This document shows positions 1 through 15,000 of a DNA stretch of 64,000 nt, piece after piece (the first letter of the stretch is position 1; each line of letters opens with the position of its first letter). The notes beneath the pieces are model-generated. The model searched no databases. It was not told the DNA's origin and was given only the letters and a program-made list of their open reading frames with translations. The position numbers and the translations under genes were made by a program. Location: NCBI GenBank assembly GCA_964057225.1, contig OZ059894.1, positions 13,082,001-13,146,000 of the forward strand, written 5' to 3'. Source of the stretch: Auanema rhodensis (lineage: Eukaryota > Animalia > Nematoda).

Positions 1-3000
1 AAAAAATAAAACATGGAAATATTTTATAATTTTCCAATTCATTTTACTCCATTTTCTACATTTAATCACGTATTTTGAAACAATCTCAAATTTTTACAAT
101 AGTTTTGAAACAATTCATTCGTTCATTAAGATTTTAAACAGTGAAAAAAAAAAGTTTGAATATTTTGAAACTCAAGAAATAAAACATGAAAATATTTTAT
201 AATTTTCCAATTCATTTTACTCCATTTCCTTCATTTAATCACGTATTTTGAAACAATCTCATATTTTTACAATAGTTTTGAAACAATTCATTCGTTCATT
301 AAGATTTTAAACAGTGAAAAAAAAAAGTTTGAATATTTTGATACTCAAGAAATAAAACATGAAAATATTTTATAATATTCCAATTCATTTTACTCTATTT
401 TCTTCATTTAATCACGTATTTTGAAACAATCTCATATTTTTACAATAGTTTTGAAACAATTTATTCGTTCATTAAGATTTGAAACATTGAAAACGATCTT
501 AATTTGAATTTTCTGATACTAAGAAAATAAAACATGGAAATATTTTATAATTTTCCAATTCATTTTACTCCATTTTCTTCATTTAATCACGTATTTTGAA
601 ACAATCTCAAATTTTTACAATAGTTTTGTAACAATTCATTCGTTCTGTAAGATTTTAAACAGTGAAAAAAAAAAGTTTAAATATTTTGATACTCAAGAAA
701 TAAAACATGAAAATATTTTATAATTTTCCAATTCATTTTACTCCATTTTCTTCATTTAATCACGTATTTTGAAACAATCTCATATTTTTACAATAGTTTT
801 GAAACAATTCATTCGTTCATTAAGATTTTAAACAGTGAAAAAAAAAAGTTTGAATATTTTGAAACTCAAGAAATAAAACATGAAAATATTTTATAATTTT
901 CCAATTCATTTTACTCCATTTTCTTCATTTAATCACGTATTTTGAAACAATCTCATATTTTTACAATAGTTTTGAAACAATTCATTCGTTCATTAAGATT
1001 TTAAACAGTGAAAAAAAAAAGTTTGAATATTTTGAAACTCAAGAAATAAAACATGAAAATATTTTATAATTTTCCAATTCATTTTACTCCATTTTCTTCA
1101 TTTAATCACGTATTTTGAAACAATCTCATATTTTTACAATAGTTTTGAAACAATTCATTCGTTCATTAAGATTTGAAACATTAAAAACGATCTTAATTTG
1201 AATTTTCTGATACTAAGAAAATAAAACATGGAAATATTTTAAAATTTTCCAATTCATTTTACTCTATTTTCTTCATTTAATCATGTGTCTTGAAACAATC
1301 TCAAATTTTTACAATAGTTTTGAAACAATTCATTCGTTCATTAAGATTTTAAACAGTGAAAAAAAAAGTTTGAATATTTTGATACTCAAGAAATAAAACA
1401 TGAAAATATTTTAAAATTTTCCAATTCATTTTACTCTATTTTCTTCATTTAATTATGTTTCTTGGAACAATTTTAAATTTTACAATAATTTCGAAATAAA
1501 TAATCCAGTTAATAATGTTTTTAACAGTAAAGTAGATATAATTTTAATTTATTTGATACTCAAAAAATGAAACATGAAAATATTTTATAATTTTCCAATT
1601 CATTTTACTCTTTTTTCTTCATTTAATCACGTATTTTGAAACATACTCATATTTTTACAATAATTTCGAAACAAATCATCCAGTTAATAATGTTTTTAAC
1701 AGTAAAGAAGTTATAATTTCAAATATTTTGATACTCAAAAAATAAAACATGAAAATATTTTATAATTTTCCAATTCATTTTACTCTATTTTCTTCATTTG
1801 ATCACGTATTTTGAAACAATCTCATATTTTTACAATAGTTTTGAAACAATTCATTCGTTCATTGAGATTTGAAACATTAAAAACGATCTTAATTTGAATT
1901 TTCTGATACTAAGAAAATAAAACATGGAAATATTTTATAATTTTCCAATTCATTTTACTCCATTTTCTTCATTTAATCACGTATTTTGAAACAATCTCAT
2001 ATTTTTACAATAGTTTTGAAACAATTCATTCGTTCATTAAGATTTGAAACATTAAAAACGATCTTAATTTGAATTTTCTGATACTAAGAAAATAAAACAT
2101 GGAAATATTTTAAAATTTTCCAATTCATTTTACTCTATTTTCTTCATTTAATTATGTTTCTTGGAACAATTTTAAATTTTACAATAATTTCGAAATAAAT
2201 AATCCAGTTAATAATGTTTTTAACAGTAAAGTAGATATAATTTTAATTATTTTGATACTCAAAAAATAAAACATGAAAATATTTTATGATTTTCCAATTC
2301 ATTTTACTCTATTTTCTTCATTTAATCACGTATTTTGAAACAATCTCAAATTTTTACAATAGTTTTGAAACAATTCATTCGTTCATTAAGATTTTAAACA
2401 GTGAAAAAAAAAAGTTTGAATATTTTGAAACTCAAGAAATAAAACATGAAAATATTTTATATTTTTCCAATTCATTTTACTCCATTTTCTTCATTTAATC
2501 ATGTTTCTTGGAACAATTTTAAATTTTACAATAATTTCGAAACAAATCATCCAGTTAATAATGTTTTTAACAGTAAAGTAGATATAATTTTAATTATTTT
2601 GATACTCAAAAAATAAAACATGAAAATATTTTATAATTTTCCAATTCATTTTACTCTATTTTCTTCATTTAATCATGTTTCTTGGAACAATTTTAAATTT
2701 TTACAATAATTTCGAAACAAATCATCCAGTTAATAATGTTTTTAACAGTAAAGAAGTTATAATTTCAAATATTTTGATACTCAAAAAAAAAAACATGAAA
2801 ATATTTTATAATTTTTCAATTCATTTTACTCTATTTTCTTCATTAAATCACGTATTTTGAAACAATCTCAAATTTTTACAATAGTTTTGAAACAATTCAT
2901 TCGTTCATTAAGATTTTAAACAGTGAAAAAAAAAAGTTTGAATATTTTGAAACTCAAGAAATAAAACATGAAAATATTTTATAATTTTCCAATTCATTTT

Positions 3001-6000
3001 ACTCCATTTTCTTCATTTAATCACGTATTTTGAAACAATCTCATATTTTTACAATAGTTTTGAAACAATTCATTCGTTCATTGAGATTTGAAACATTAAA
3101 AACGATCTTAAGTTGAATTTTCTGATACTAAAAAAATAAAACATGGAAATATTTTATAATTTTCCAATTCATTTTACTCCATTTTCTTCATTTAATCACG
3201 TATTTTGAAACAATCTCATATTTTTACAATAGTTTTGAAACAATTCATTCGTTCATTGAGATTTGAAACATTAAAAACGATCTTAATTTGAATTTTCTGA
3301 TACTAAGAAAATAAAACATGGAAATATTTTATAATTTTCCAATTCATTTTATTCCATTTTCTTCATTTAATCACGTATTTTGAAACAATCTCAAATTTTT
3401 ACAATAGTTTTGAAACAATTCATTCGTTCATTAAGATTTTAAACAGTGAAAAAAAAAGTTTGAATATTTTGATACTCAAAAAATAAAACATGAAAATATT
3501 TTAAAATTTTCCAATTCATTTTACTCTATTTTCTTCATTTAATCATGTTTCTTGGAACAATTTTAAATTTTACAATAATTTCGAAACAAATCATCCAGTT
3601 AATAATGTTTTTAACAGTAAAGTAGATATAATTTTAATTATTTTGATACTCAAAAAATAAAACATGAAAATATTTTATAATTTTCCAATTCATTTTACTC
3701 TATTTTCTTCATTTAATCATGTTTCTTGGAACAATTTTAAATTTTTACAATAATTTCGAAACAAATCATCCAGTTAATAATGTTTTTAACAGTAAAGAAG
3801 TTATAATTTCAAATATTTTGATACTCAAAAAAAAAAACATGAAAATATTTTATAATTTTTCAATTCATTTTACTCTATTTTCTTCATTAAATCACGTATT
3901 TTGAAACAATCTCAAATTTTTACAATAGTTTTGAAACAATTCATTCGTTCATTAAGATTTTAAACAGTGAAAAAAAAAAGTTTGAATATTTTGAAACTCA
4001 AGAAATAAAACATGAAAATATTTTATAATTTTCCAATTCATTTTACTCCATTTTCTTCATTTAATCACGTATTTTGAAACAATCTCATATTTTTACAATA
4101 GTTTTGAAACAATTCATTCGTTCATTGAGATTTGAAACATTAAAAACGATCTTAAGTTGAATTTTCTGATACTAAAAAAATAAAACATGGAAATATTTTA
4201 TAATTTTCCAATTCATTTTACTCCATTTTCTACATTTAATCACGTATTTTGAAACAATCTCAAATTTTTACAATAGTTTTGAAACAATTCATTCGTTCAT
4301 TAAGATTTTAAACAGTGAAAAAAAAAAGTTTGAATATTTTGAAACTCAAGAAATAAAACATGAAAATATTTTATAATTTTCCAATTCATTTTACTCCATT
4401 TCCTTCATTTAATCACGTATTTTGAAACAATCTCATATTTTTACAATAGTTTTGAAACAATTCATTCGTTCATTAAGATTTTAAACAGTGAAAAAAAAAA
4501 GTTTGAATATTTTGATACTCAAGAAATAAAACATGAAAATATTTTATAATATTCCAATTCATTTTACTCTATTTTCTTCATTTAATCACGTATTTTGAAA
4601 CAATCTCATATTTTTACAATAGTTTTGAAACAATTTATTCGTTCATTAAGATTTGAAACATTGAAAACGATCTTAATTTGAATTTTCTGATACTAAGAAA
4701 ATAAAACATGGAAATATTTTATAATTTTCCAATTCATTTTACTCCATTTTCTTCATTTAATCACGTATTTTGAAACAATCTCAAATTTTTACAATAGTTT
4801 TGTAACAATTCATTCGTTCTGTAAGATTTTAAACAGTGAAAAAAAAAAGTTTAAATATTTTGATACTCAAGAAATAAAACATGAAAATATTTTATAATTT
4901 TCCAATTCATTTTACTCCATTTTCTTCATTTAATCACGTATTTTGAAACAATCTCATATTTTTACAATAGTTTTGAAACAATTCATTCGTTCATTAAGAT
5001 TTTAAACAGTGAAAAAAAAAAGTTTGAATATTTTGAAACTCAAGAAATAAAACATGAAAATATTTTATAATTTTCCAATTCATTTTACTCCATTTTCTTC
5101 ATTTAATCACGTATTTTGAAACAATCTCATATTTTTACAATAGTTTTGAAACAATTCATTCGTTCATTAAGATTTTAAACAGTGAAAAAAAAAAGTTTGA
5201 ATATTTTGAAACTCAAGAAATAAAACATGAAAATATTTTATAATTTTCCAATTCATTTTACTCCATTTTCTTCATTTAATCACGTATTTTGAAACAATCT
5301 CATATTTTTACAATAGTTTTGAAACAATTCATTCGTTCATTAAGATTTGAAACATTAAAAACGATCTTAATTTGAATTTTCTGATACTAAGAAAATAAAA
5401 CATGGAAATATTTTAAAATTTTCCAATTCATTTTACTCTATTTTCTTCATTTAATCATGTGTCTTGAAACAATCTCAAATTTTTACAATAGTTTTGAAAC
5501 AATTCATTCGTTCATTAAGATTTTAAACAGTGAAAAAAAAAGTTTGAATATTTTGATACTCAAGAAATAAAACATGAAAATATTTTAAAATTTTCCAATT
5601 CATTTTACTCTATTTTCTTCATTTAATTATGTTTCTTGGAACAATTTTAAATTTTACAATAATTTCGAAATAAATAATCCAGTTAATAATGTTTTTAACA
5701 GTAAAGTAGATATAATTTTAATTTATTTGATACTCAAAAAATGAAACATGAAAATATTTTATAATTTTCCAATTCATTTTACTCTTTTTTCTTCATTTAA
5801 TCACGTATTTTGAAACATACTCATATTTTTACAATAATTTCGAAACAAATCATCCAGTTAATAATGTTTTTAACAGTAAAGAAGTTATAATTTCAAATAT
5901 TTTGATACTCAAAAAATAAAACATGAAAATATTTTATAATTTTCCAATTCATTTTACTCTATTTTCTTCATTTGATCACGTATTTTGAAACAATCTCATA

Positions 6001-9000
6001 TTTTTACAATAGTTTTGAAACAATTCATTCGTTCATTGAGATTTGAAACATTAAAAACGATCTTAATTTGAATTTTCTGATACTAAGAAAATAAAACATG
6101 GAAATATTTTATAATTTTCCAATTCATTTTACTCCATTTTCTTCATTTAATCACGTATTTTGAAACAATCTCATATTTTTACAATAGTTTTGAAACAATT
6201 CATTCGTTCATTAAGATTTGAAACATTAAAAACGATCTTAATTTGAATTTTCTGATACTAAGAAAATAAAACATGGAAATATTTTAAAATTTTCCAATTC
6301 ATTTTACTCTATTTTCTTCATTTAATTATGTTTCTTGGAACAATTTTAAATTTTACAATAATTTCGAAATAAATAATCCAGTTAATAATGTTTTTAACAG
6401 TAAAGTAGATATAATTTTAATTTATTTGATACTCAAAAAATGAAACATGAAAATATTTTATAATTTTCCAATTCATTTTACTCTATTTTCTTCATTTAAT
6501 CACGTATTTTGAAACAATCTCATATTTTTACAATAATTTCGAAACAAATCATCCAGTTAATAATGTTTTTAACAGTAAAGAAGTTATAATTTCAAATATT
6601 TTGATACTCAAAAAATAAAACATGAAAATATTTTATAATTTTCCAATTCATTTTACTCTATTTTCTTCATTTGATCACGTATTTTGAAACAATCTCATAT
6701 TTTTACAATAGTTTTGAAACAATTCATTCGTTCATTGAGATTTGAAACATTAAAAACGATCTTAATTTGAATTTTCTGATACTAAAAAAATAAAACATGG
6801 AAATATTTTATAATTTTCCAATTCATTTTACTCCATTTTCTTCATTTAATCACGTATTTTGAAACAATCTCATATTTTTACAATAGTTTTGAAACAGTTC
6901 ATTCGTTCATTAAGATTTTAAACAGTGAAAAAAAAAAGTTTGAATATTTTGAAACTCAAGAAATAAAACATGAAAATATTTTATAATTTTCCAATTCATT
7001 TTACTCCATTTCCTTCATTTAATCACGTATTTTGAAACAATCTCAAATTTTTACAATAGTTTTGAAACAATTCATTCGTTCATTAAGATTTGAAACATTA
7101 AAAACGATCTTAATTTGAATTTTCTGATACTAAGAAAATAAAACATGGAAATATTTTATAATTTTCCAATTCATTTTACTCCATTTTCTTCATTTAATCA
7201 CGTATTTTGAAACAATCTCATATTTTTACAATAATTTCGAAACAAATCATCCAGTTAATAATGTTTTTAACAGTAAAGAAGTTATAATTTCAAATATTTT
7301 GATACTCAAAAAATAAAACAGGAAAATATTTTATAATTTTCCAATTCATTTTACTCCATTTTCTTCATTTAATCACGTATTTTGAAACAATCTCATATTT
7401 TTACAATAATTTCCAAACAAATCATCCAGTTAATAATGTTTTTAACAGTAAAGAAGTTATAATTTCAAATATTTTGATACTCAAAAAAAAAAACATGAAA
7501 ATATTTTATAATTTTTCAATTCATTTTACTCTATTCTCTTCATTAAATCACGTATTTTGAAACAATCTCAAATTTTTACAATAGTTTTGAAACAATTCAT
7601 TCGTTCATTAAGATTTTAAACAGTGAAAAAAAAAAGTTTGAATATTTTGAAACTCAAGAAATAAAACATGAAAATATTTTATAATTTTCCAATTCATTTT
7701 ACTCCATTTTCTTCATTTAATCACGTATTTTGAAACAATCTCATATTTTTACAATAGTTTTGAAACAATTCATTCGTTAATTAAGATTTTAAACAGTGAA
7801 AAAAAAAAGTTTGAATATTTTGAAACTCAAGAAATAAAACATGAAAATATTTTATAATTTTCCAATTCATTTTATTCCATTTTCTTCATTTAATCACGTA
7901 TTTTGAAACAATCTCAAATTTTTACAATAGTTTTGAAACAATTCATTCGTTCATTAAGATTTTAAACAGTGAAAAAAAAAGTTTGAATATTTTGATACTC
8001 AAAAAATAAAACATGAAAATATTTTGAAATTTTCCAATTCATTTTACTCTATTTTCTTCATTTAATCATGTTTCTTGGAACAATTTTAAATTTTACAATA
8101 ATTTCGAAACAAATCATCCAGTTAATAATGTTTTTAACAGTAAAGTAGATATAATTTTAATTATTTTGATACTCAAAAAATAAAACATGAAAATATTTTA
8201 TAATTTTCCAATTCATTTTACTCTATTTTCTTCATTTATCATGTTTCTTGGAACAATTTTAAATTTTTACAATAATTTCGAAACAAATCATCCAGTTAAT
8301 AATGTTTTTAACAGTAAAGAAGTTATAATTTCAAATATTTTGATACTCAAAAAAAAAACATGAAAATATTTTATAATTTTTCAATTCATTTTACTCTATT
8401 TTCTTCATTAAATCACGTATTTTGAAACAATCTCAAATTTTTACAATAGTTTTGAAACAATTCATTCGTTCATTAAGATTTTAAACAGTGAAAAAAAAAA
8501 GTTTGAATATTTTGAAACTCAAGAAATAAAACATGAAAATATTTTATAATTTTCCAATTCATTTTACTCCATTTTCTTCATTTAATCACGTATTTTGAAA
8601 CAATCTCATATTTTTACAATAGTTTTGAAACAATTCATTCGTTCATTGAGATTTGAAACATTAAAAACGATCTTAAGTTGAATTTTCTGATACTAAAAAA
8701 ATAAAACATGGAAATATTTTATAATTTTCCAATTCATTTTACTCCATTTTCTACATTTAATCACGTATTTTGAAACAATCTCAAATTTTTACAATAGTTT
8801 TGAAACAATTCATTCGTTCATTAAGATTTTAAACAGTGAAAAAAAAAAGTTTGAATATTTTGAAACTCAAGAAATAAAACATGAAAATATTTTATAATTT
8901 TCCAATTCATTTTACTCCATTTCCTTCATTTAATCACGTATTTTGAAACAATCTCATATTTTTACAATAGTTTTGAAACAATTCATTCGTTCATTAAGAT

Positions 9001-12000
9001 TTTAAACAGTGAAAAAAAAAAGTTTGAATATTTTGATACTCAAGAAATAAAACATGAAAATATTTTATAATATTCCAATTCATTTTACTCTATTTTCTTC
9101 ATTTAATCACGTATTTTGAAACAATCTCATATTTTTACAATAGTTTTGAAACAATTTATTCGTTCATTAAGATTTGAAACATTGAAAACGATCTTAATTT
9201 GAATTTTCTGATACTAAGAAAATAAAACATGGAAATATTTTATAATTTTCCAATTCATTTTACTCCATTTTCTTCATTTAATCACGTATTTTGAAACAAT
9301 CTCAAATTTTTACAATAGTTTTGAAACAATTCATTCGTTCTGTAAGATTTTAAACAGTGAAAAAAAAAAGTTTAAATATTTTGATACTCAAGAAATAAAA
9401 CATGAAAATATTTTATAATTTTCCAATTCATTTTACTCCATTTTCTTCATTTAATCACGTATTTTGAAACAATCTCATATTTTTACAATAGTTTTGAAAC
9501 AATTCATTCGTTCATTAAGATTTTAAACAGTGAAAAAAAAAAGTTTGAATATTTTGAAACTCAAGAAATAAAACATGAAAATATTTTATAATTTTCCAAT
9601 TCATTTTACTCCATTTTCTTCATTTAATCACGTATTTTGAAACAATCTCATATTTTTACAATAGTTTTGAAACAATTCATTCGTTCATTAAGATTTTAAA
9701 CAGTGAAAAAAAAAAGTTTGAATATTTTGAAACTCAAGAAATAAAACATGAAAATATTTTATAATTTTCCAATTCATTTTACTCCATTTTCTTCATTTAA
9801 TCACGTATTTTGAAACAATCTCATATTTTTACAATAGTTTTGAAACAATTCATTCGTTCATTAAGATTTGAAACATTAAAAACGATCTTAATTTGAATTT
9901 TCTGATACTAAGAAAATAAAACATGGAAATATTTTAAAATTTTCCAATTCATTTTACTCTATTTTCTTCATTTAATCATGTGTCTTGAAACAATCTCAAA
10001 TTTTTACAATAGTTTTGAAACAATTCATTCGTTCATTAAGATTTTAAACAGTGAAAAAAAAAGTTTGAATATTTTGATACTCAAGAAATAAAACATGAAA
10101 ATATTTTAAAATTTTCCAATTCATTTTACTCTATTTTCTTCATTTAATTATGTTTCTTGGAACAATTTTAAATTTTACAATAATTTCGAAATAAATAATC
10201 CAGTTAATAATGTTTTTAACAGTAAAGTAGATATAATTTTAATTTATTTGATACTCAAAAAATGAAACATGAAAATATTTTATAATTTTCCAATTCATTT
10301 TACTCCATTTTCTTCATTTAATCACGTATTTTGAAACAATCTCATATTTTTACAATAGTTTTGAAACAATTCATTCGTTCATTGAGATTTGAAACATTAA
10401 AAACGATCTTAAGTTGAATTTTCTGATACTAAAAAAATAAAACATGGAAATATTTTATAATTTTCCAATTCATTTTACTCCATTTTCTACATTTAATCAC
10501 GTATTTTGAAACAATCTCAAATTTTTACAATAGTTTTGAAACAATTCATTCGTTCATTAAGATTTTAAACAGTGAAAAAAAAAAGTTTGAATATTTTGAA
10601 ACTCAAGAAATAAAACATGAAAATATTTTATAATTTTCCAATTCATTTTACTCCATTTCCTTCATTTAATCACGTATTTTGAAACAATCTCATATTTTTA
10701 CAATAGTTTTGAAACAATTCATTCGTTCATTAAGATTTTAAACAGTGAAAAAAAAAAGTTTGAATATTTTGATACTCAAGAAATAAAACATGAAAATATT
10801 TTATAATATTCCAATTCATTTTACTCTATTTTCTTCATTTAATCACGTATTTTGAAACAATCTCATATTTTTACAATAGTTTTGAAACAATTTATTCGTT
10901 CATTAAGATTTGAAACATTGAAAACGATCTTAATTTGAATTTTCTGATACTAAGAAAATAAAACATGGAAATATTTTATAATTTTCCAATTCATTTTACT
11001 CCATTTTCTTCATTTAATCACGTATTTTGAAACAATCTCAAATTTTTACAATAGTTTTGAAACAATTCATTCGTTCTGTAAGATTTTAAACAGTGAAAAA
11101 AAAAAGTTTAAATATTTTGATACTCAAGAAATAAAACATGAAAATATTTTATAATTTTCCAATTCATTTTACTCCATTTTCTTCATTTAATCACGTATTT
11201 TGAAACAATCTCATATTTTTACAATAGTTTTGAAACAATTCATTCGTTCATTAAGATTTTAAACAGTGAAAAAAAAAAGTTTGAATATTTTGAAACTCAA
11301 GAAATAAAACATGAAAATATTTTATAATTTTCCAATTCATTTTACTCCATTTTCTTCATTTAATCACGTATTTTGAAACAATCTCATATTTTTACAATAG
11401 TTTTGAAACAATTCATTCGTTCATTAAGATTTTAAACAGTGAAAAAAAAAAGTTTGAATATTTTGAAACTCAAGAAATAAAACATGAAAATATTTTATAA
11501 TTTTCCAATTCATTTTACTCCATTTTCTTCATTTAATCACGTATTTTGAAACAATCTCATATTTTTACAATAGTTTTGAAACAATTCATTCGTTCATTAA
11601 GATTTGAAACATTAAAAACGATCTTAATTTGAATTTTCTGATACTAAGAAAATAAAACATGGAAATATTTTAAAATTTTCCAATTCATTTTACTCTATTT
11701 TCTTCATTTAATCATGTGTCTTGAAACAATCTCAAATTTTTACAATAGTTTTGAAACAATTCATTCGTTCATTAAGATTTTAAACAGTGAAAAAAAAAGT
11801 TTGAATATTTTGATACTCAAGAAATAAAACATGAAAATATTTTAAAATTTTCCAATTCATTTTACTCTATTTTCTTCATTTAATTATGTTTCTTGGAACA
11901 ATTTTAAATTTTACAATAATTTCGAAATAAATAATCCAGTTAATAATGTTTTTAACAGTAAAGTAGATATAATTTTAATTTATTTGATACTCAAAAAATG

Positions 12001-15000
12001 AAACATGAAAATATTTTATAATTTTCCAATTCATTTTACTCTTTTTTCTTCATTTAATCACGTATTTTGAAACATACTCATATTTTTACAATAATTTCGA
12101 AACAAATCATCCAGTTAATAATGTTTTTAACAGTAAAGAAGTTATAATTTCAAATATTTTGATACTCAAAAAATAAAACATGAAAATATTTTATAATTTT
12201 CCAATTCATTTTACTCTATTTTCTTCATTTGATCACGTATTTTGAAACAATCTCATATTTTTACAATAGTTTTGAAACAATTCATTCGTTCATTGAGATT
12301 TGAAACATTAAAAACGATCTTAATTTGAATTTTCTGATACTAAGAAAATAAAACATGGAAATATTTTATAATTTTCCAATTCATTTTACTCCATTTTCTT
12401 CATTTAATCACGTATTTTGAAACAATCTCAAATTTTTACAATAGTTTTGAAACAATTCATTCGTTCATTGAGATTTGAAACATTAAAAACGATCTTAATT
12501 TGAATTTTCTGATACTAAGAAAATAAAACATGGAAATATTTTATAATTTTCCAATTCATTTTACTCCATTTTCTTCATTTAATCACGTATTTTGAAACAA
12601 TCTCATATTTTTACAATAGTTTTGAAACAATTCATTCGTTCATTAAGATTTGAAACATTAAAAACGATCTTAATTTGAATTTTCTGATACTAAGAAAATA
12701 AAACATGGAAATATTTTAAAATTTTCCAATTCATTTTACTCTATTTTCTTCATTTAATTATGTTTCTTGGAACAATTTTAAATTTTACAATAATTTCGAA
12801 ATAAATAATCCAGTTAATAATGTTTTTAACAGTAAAGTAGATATAATTTTAATTTATTTGATACTCAAAAAATGAAACATGAAAATATTTTATAATTTTC
12901 CAATTCATTTTACTCTATTTTCTTCATTTAATCACGTATTTTGAAACAATCTCATATTTTTACAATAATTTCGAAACAAATCATCCAGTTAATAATGTTT
13001 TTAACAGTAAAGAAGTTATAATTTCAAATATTTTGATACTCAAAAAATAAAACATGAAAATATTTTATAATTTTCCAATTCATTTTACTCTATTTTCTTC
13101 ATTTGATCACGTATTTTGAAACAATCTCATATTTTTACAATAGTTTTGAAACAATTCATTCGTTCATTGAGATTTGAAACATTAAAAACGATCTTAATTT
13201 GAATTTTCTGATACTAAAAAAATAAAACATGGAAATATTTTATAATTTTCCAATTCATTTTACTCCATTTTCTTCATTTAATCACGTATTTTGAAACAAT
13301 CTCATATTTTTACAATAGTTTTGAAACAGTTCATTCGTTCATTAAGATTTTAAACAGTGAAAAAAAAAAGTTTGAATATTTTGAAACTCAAGAAATAAAA
13401 CATGAAAATATTTTATAATTTTCCAATTCATTTTACTCCATTTCCTTCATTTAATCACGTATTTTGAAACAATCTCAAATTTTTACAATAGTTTTGAAAC
13501 AATTCATTCGTTCATTAAGATTTGAAACATTAAAAACGATCTTAATTTGAATTTTCTGATACTAAGAAAATAAAACATGGAAATATTTTATAATTTTCCA
13601 ATTCATTTTACTCCATTTTCTTCATTTAATCACGTATTTTGAAACAATCTCATATTTTTACAATAATTTCGAAACAAATCATCCAGTTAATAATGTTTTT
13701 AACAGTAAAGAAGTTATAATTTCAAATATTTTGATACTCAAAAAATAAAACAGGAAAATATTTTATAATTTTCCAATTCATTTTACTCCATTTTCTTCAT
13801 TTAATCACGTATTTTGAAACAATCTCATATTTTTACAATAATTTCCAAACAAATCATCCAGTTAATAATGTTTTTAACAGTAAAGAAGTTATAATTTCAA
13901 ATATTTTGATACTCAAAAAAAAAAACATGAAAATATTTTATAATTTTTCAATTCATTTTACTCTATTCTCTTCATTAAATCACGTATTTTGAAACAATCT
14001 CAAATTTTTACAATAGTTTTGAAACAATTCATTCGTTCATTAAGATTTTAAACAGTGAAAAAAAAAAGTTTGAATATTTTGAAACTCAAGAAATAAAACA
14101 TGAAAATATTTTATAATTTTCCAATTCATTTTACTCCATTTTCTTCATTTAATCACGTATTTTGAAACAATCTCATATTTTTACAATAGTTTTGAAACAA
14201 TTCATTCGTTAATTAAGATTTTAAACAGTGAAAAAAAAAAGTTTGAATATTTTGAAACTCAAGAAATAAAACATGAAAATATTTTATAATTTTCCAATTC
14301 ATTTTATTCCATTTTCTTCATTTAATCACGTATTTTGAAACAATCTCAAATTTTTACAATAGTTTTGAAACAATTCATTCGTTCATTAAGATTTTAAACA
14401 GTGAAAAAAAAAGTTTGAATATTTTGATACTCAAAAAATAAAACATGAAAATATTTTGAAATTTTCCAATTCATTTTACTCAATTTTCTTCATTTAATCA
14501 TGTTTCTTGGAACAATTTTAAATTTTACAATAATTTCGAAACAAATCATCCAGTTAATAATGTTTTTAACAGTAAAGTAGATATAATTTTAATTATTTTG
14601 ATACTCAAAAAATAAAACATGAAAATATTTTATAATTTTCCAATTCATTTTACTCTATTTTCTTCATTTAATCATGTTTCTTGGAACAATTTTAAATTTT
14701 TACAATAATTTCGAAACAAATCATCCAGTTAATAATGTTTTTAACAGTAAAGAAGTTATAATTTCAAATATTTTGATACTCAAAAAAAAAACATGAAAAT
14801 ATTTTATAATTTTTCAATTCATTTTACTCTATTTTCTTCATTAAATCACGTATTTTGAAACAATCTCAAATTTTTACAATAGTTTTGAAACAATTCATTC
14901 GTTCATTAAGATTTTAAACAGTGAAAAAAAAAAGTTTGAATATTTTGAAACTCAAGAAATAAAACATGAAAATATTTTATAATTTTCCAATTCATTTTAC

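Noticed and set aside
9504-9520. CENP-B box or primate alpha-satellite identity (TCATTCGTTCATTAAGA; ~171-bp-like length)
   Set aside because: Only TTCG(TT) matches and the required CGGG is absent. The monomer is far more AT-rich than alpha satellite and shows no similarity I can see.
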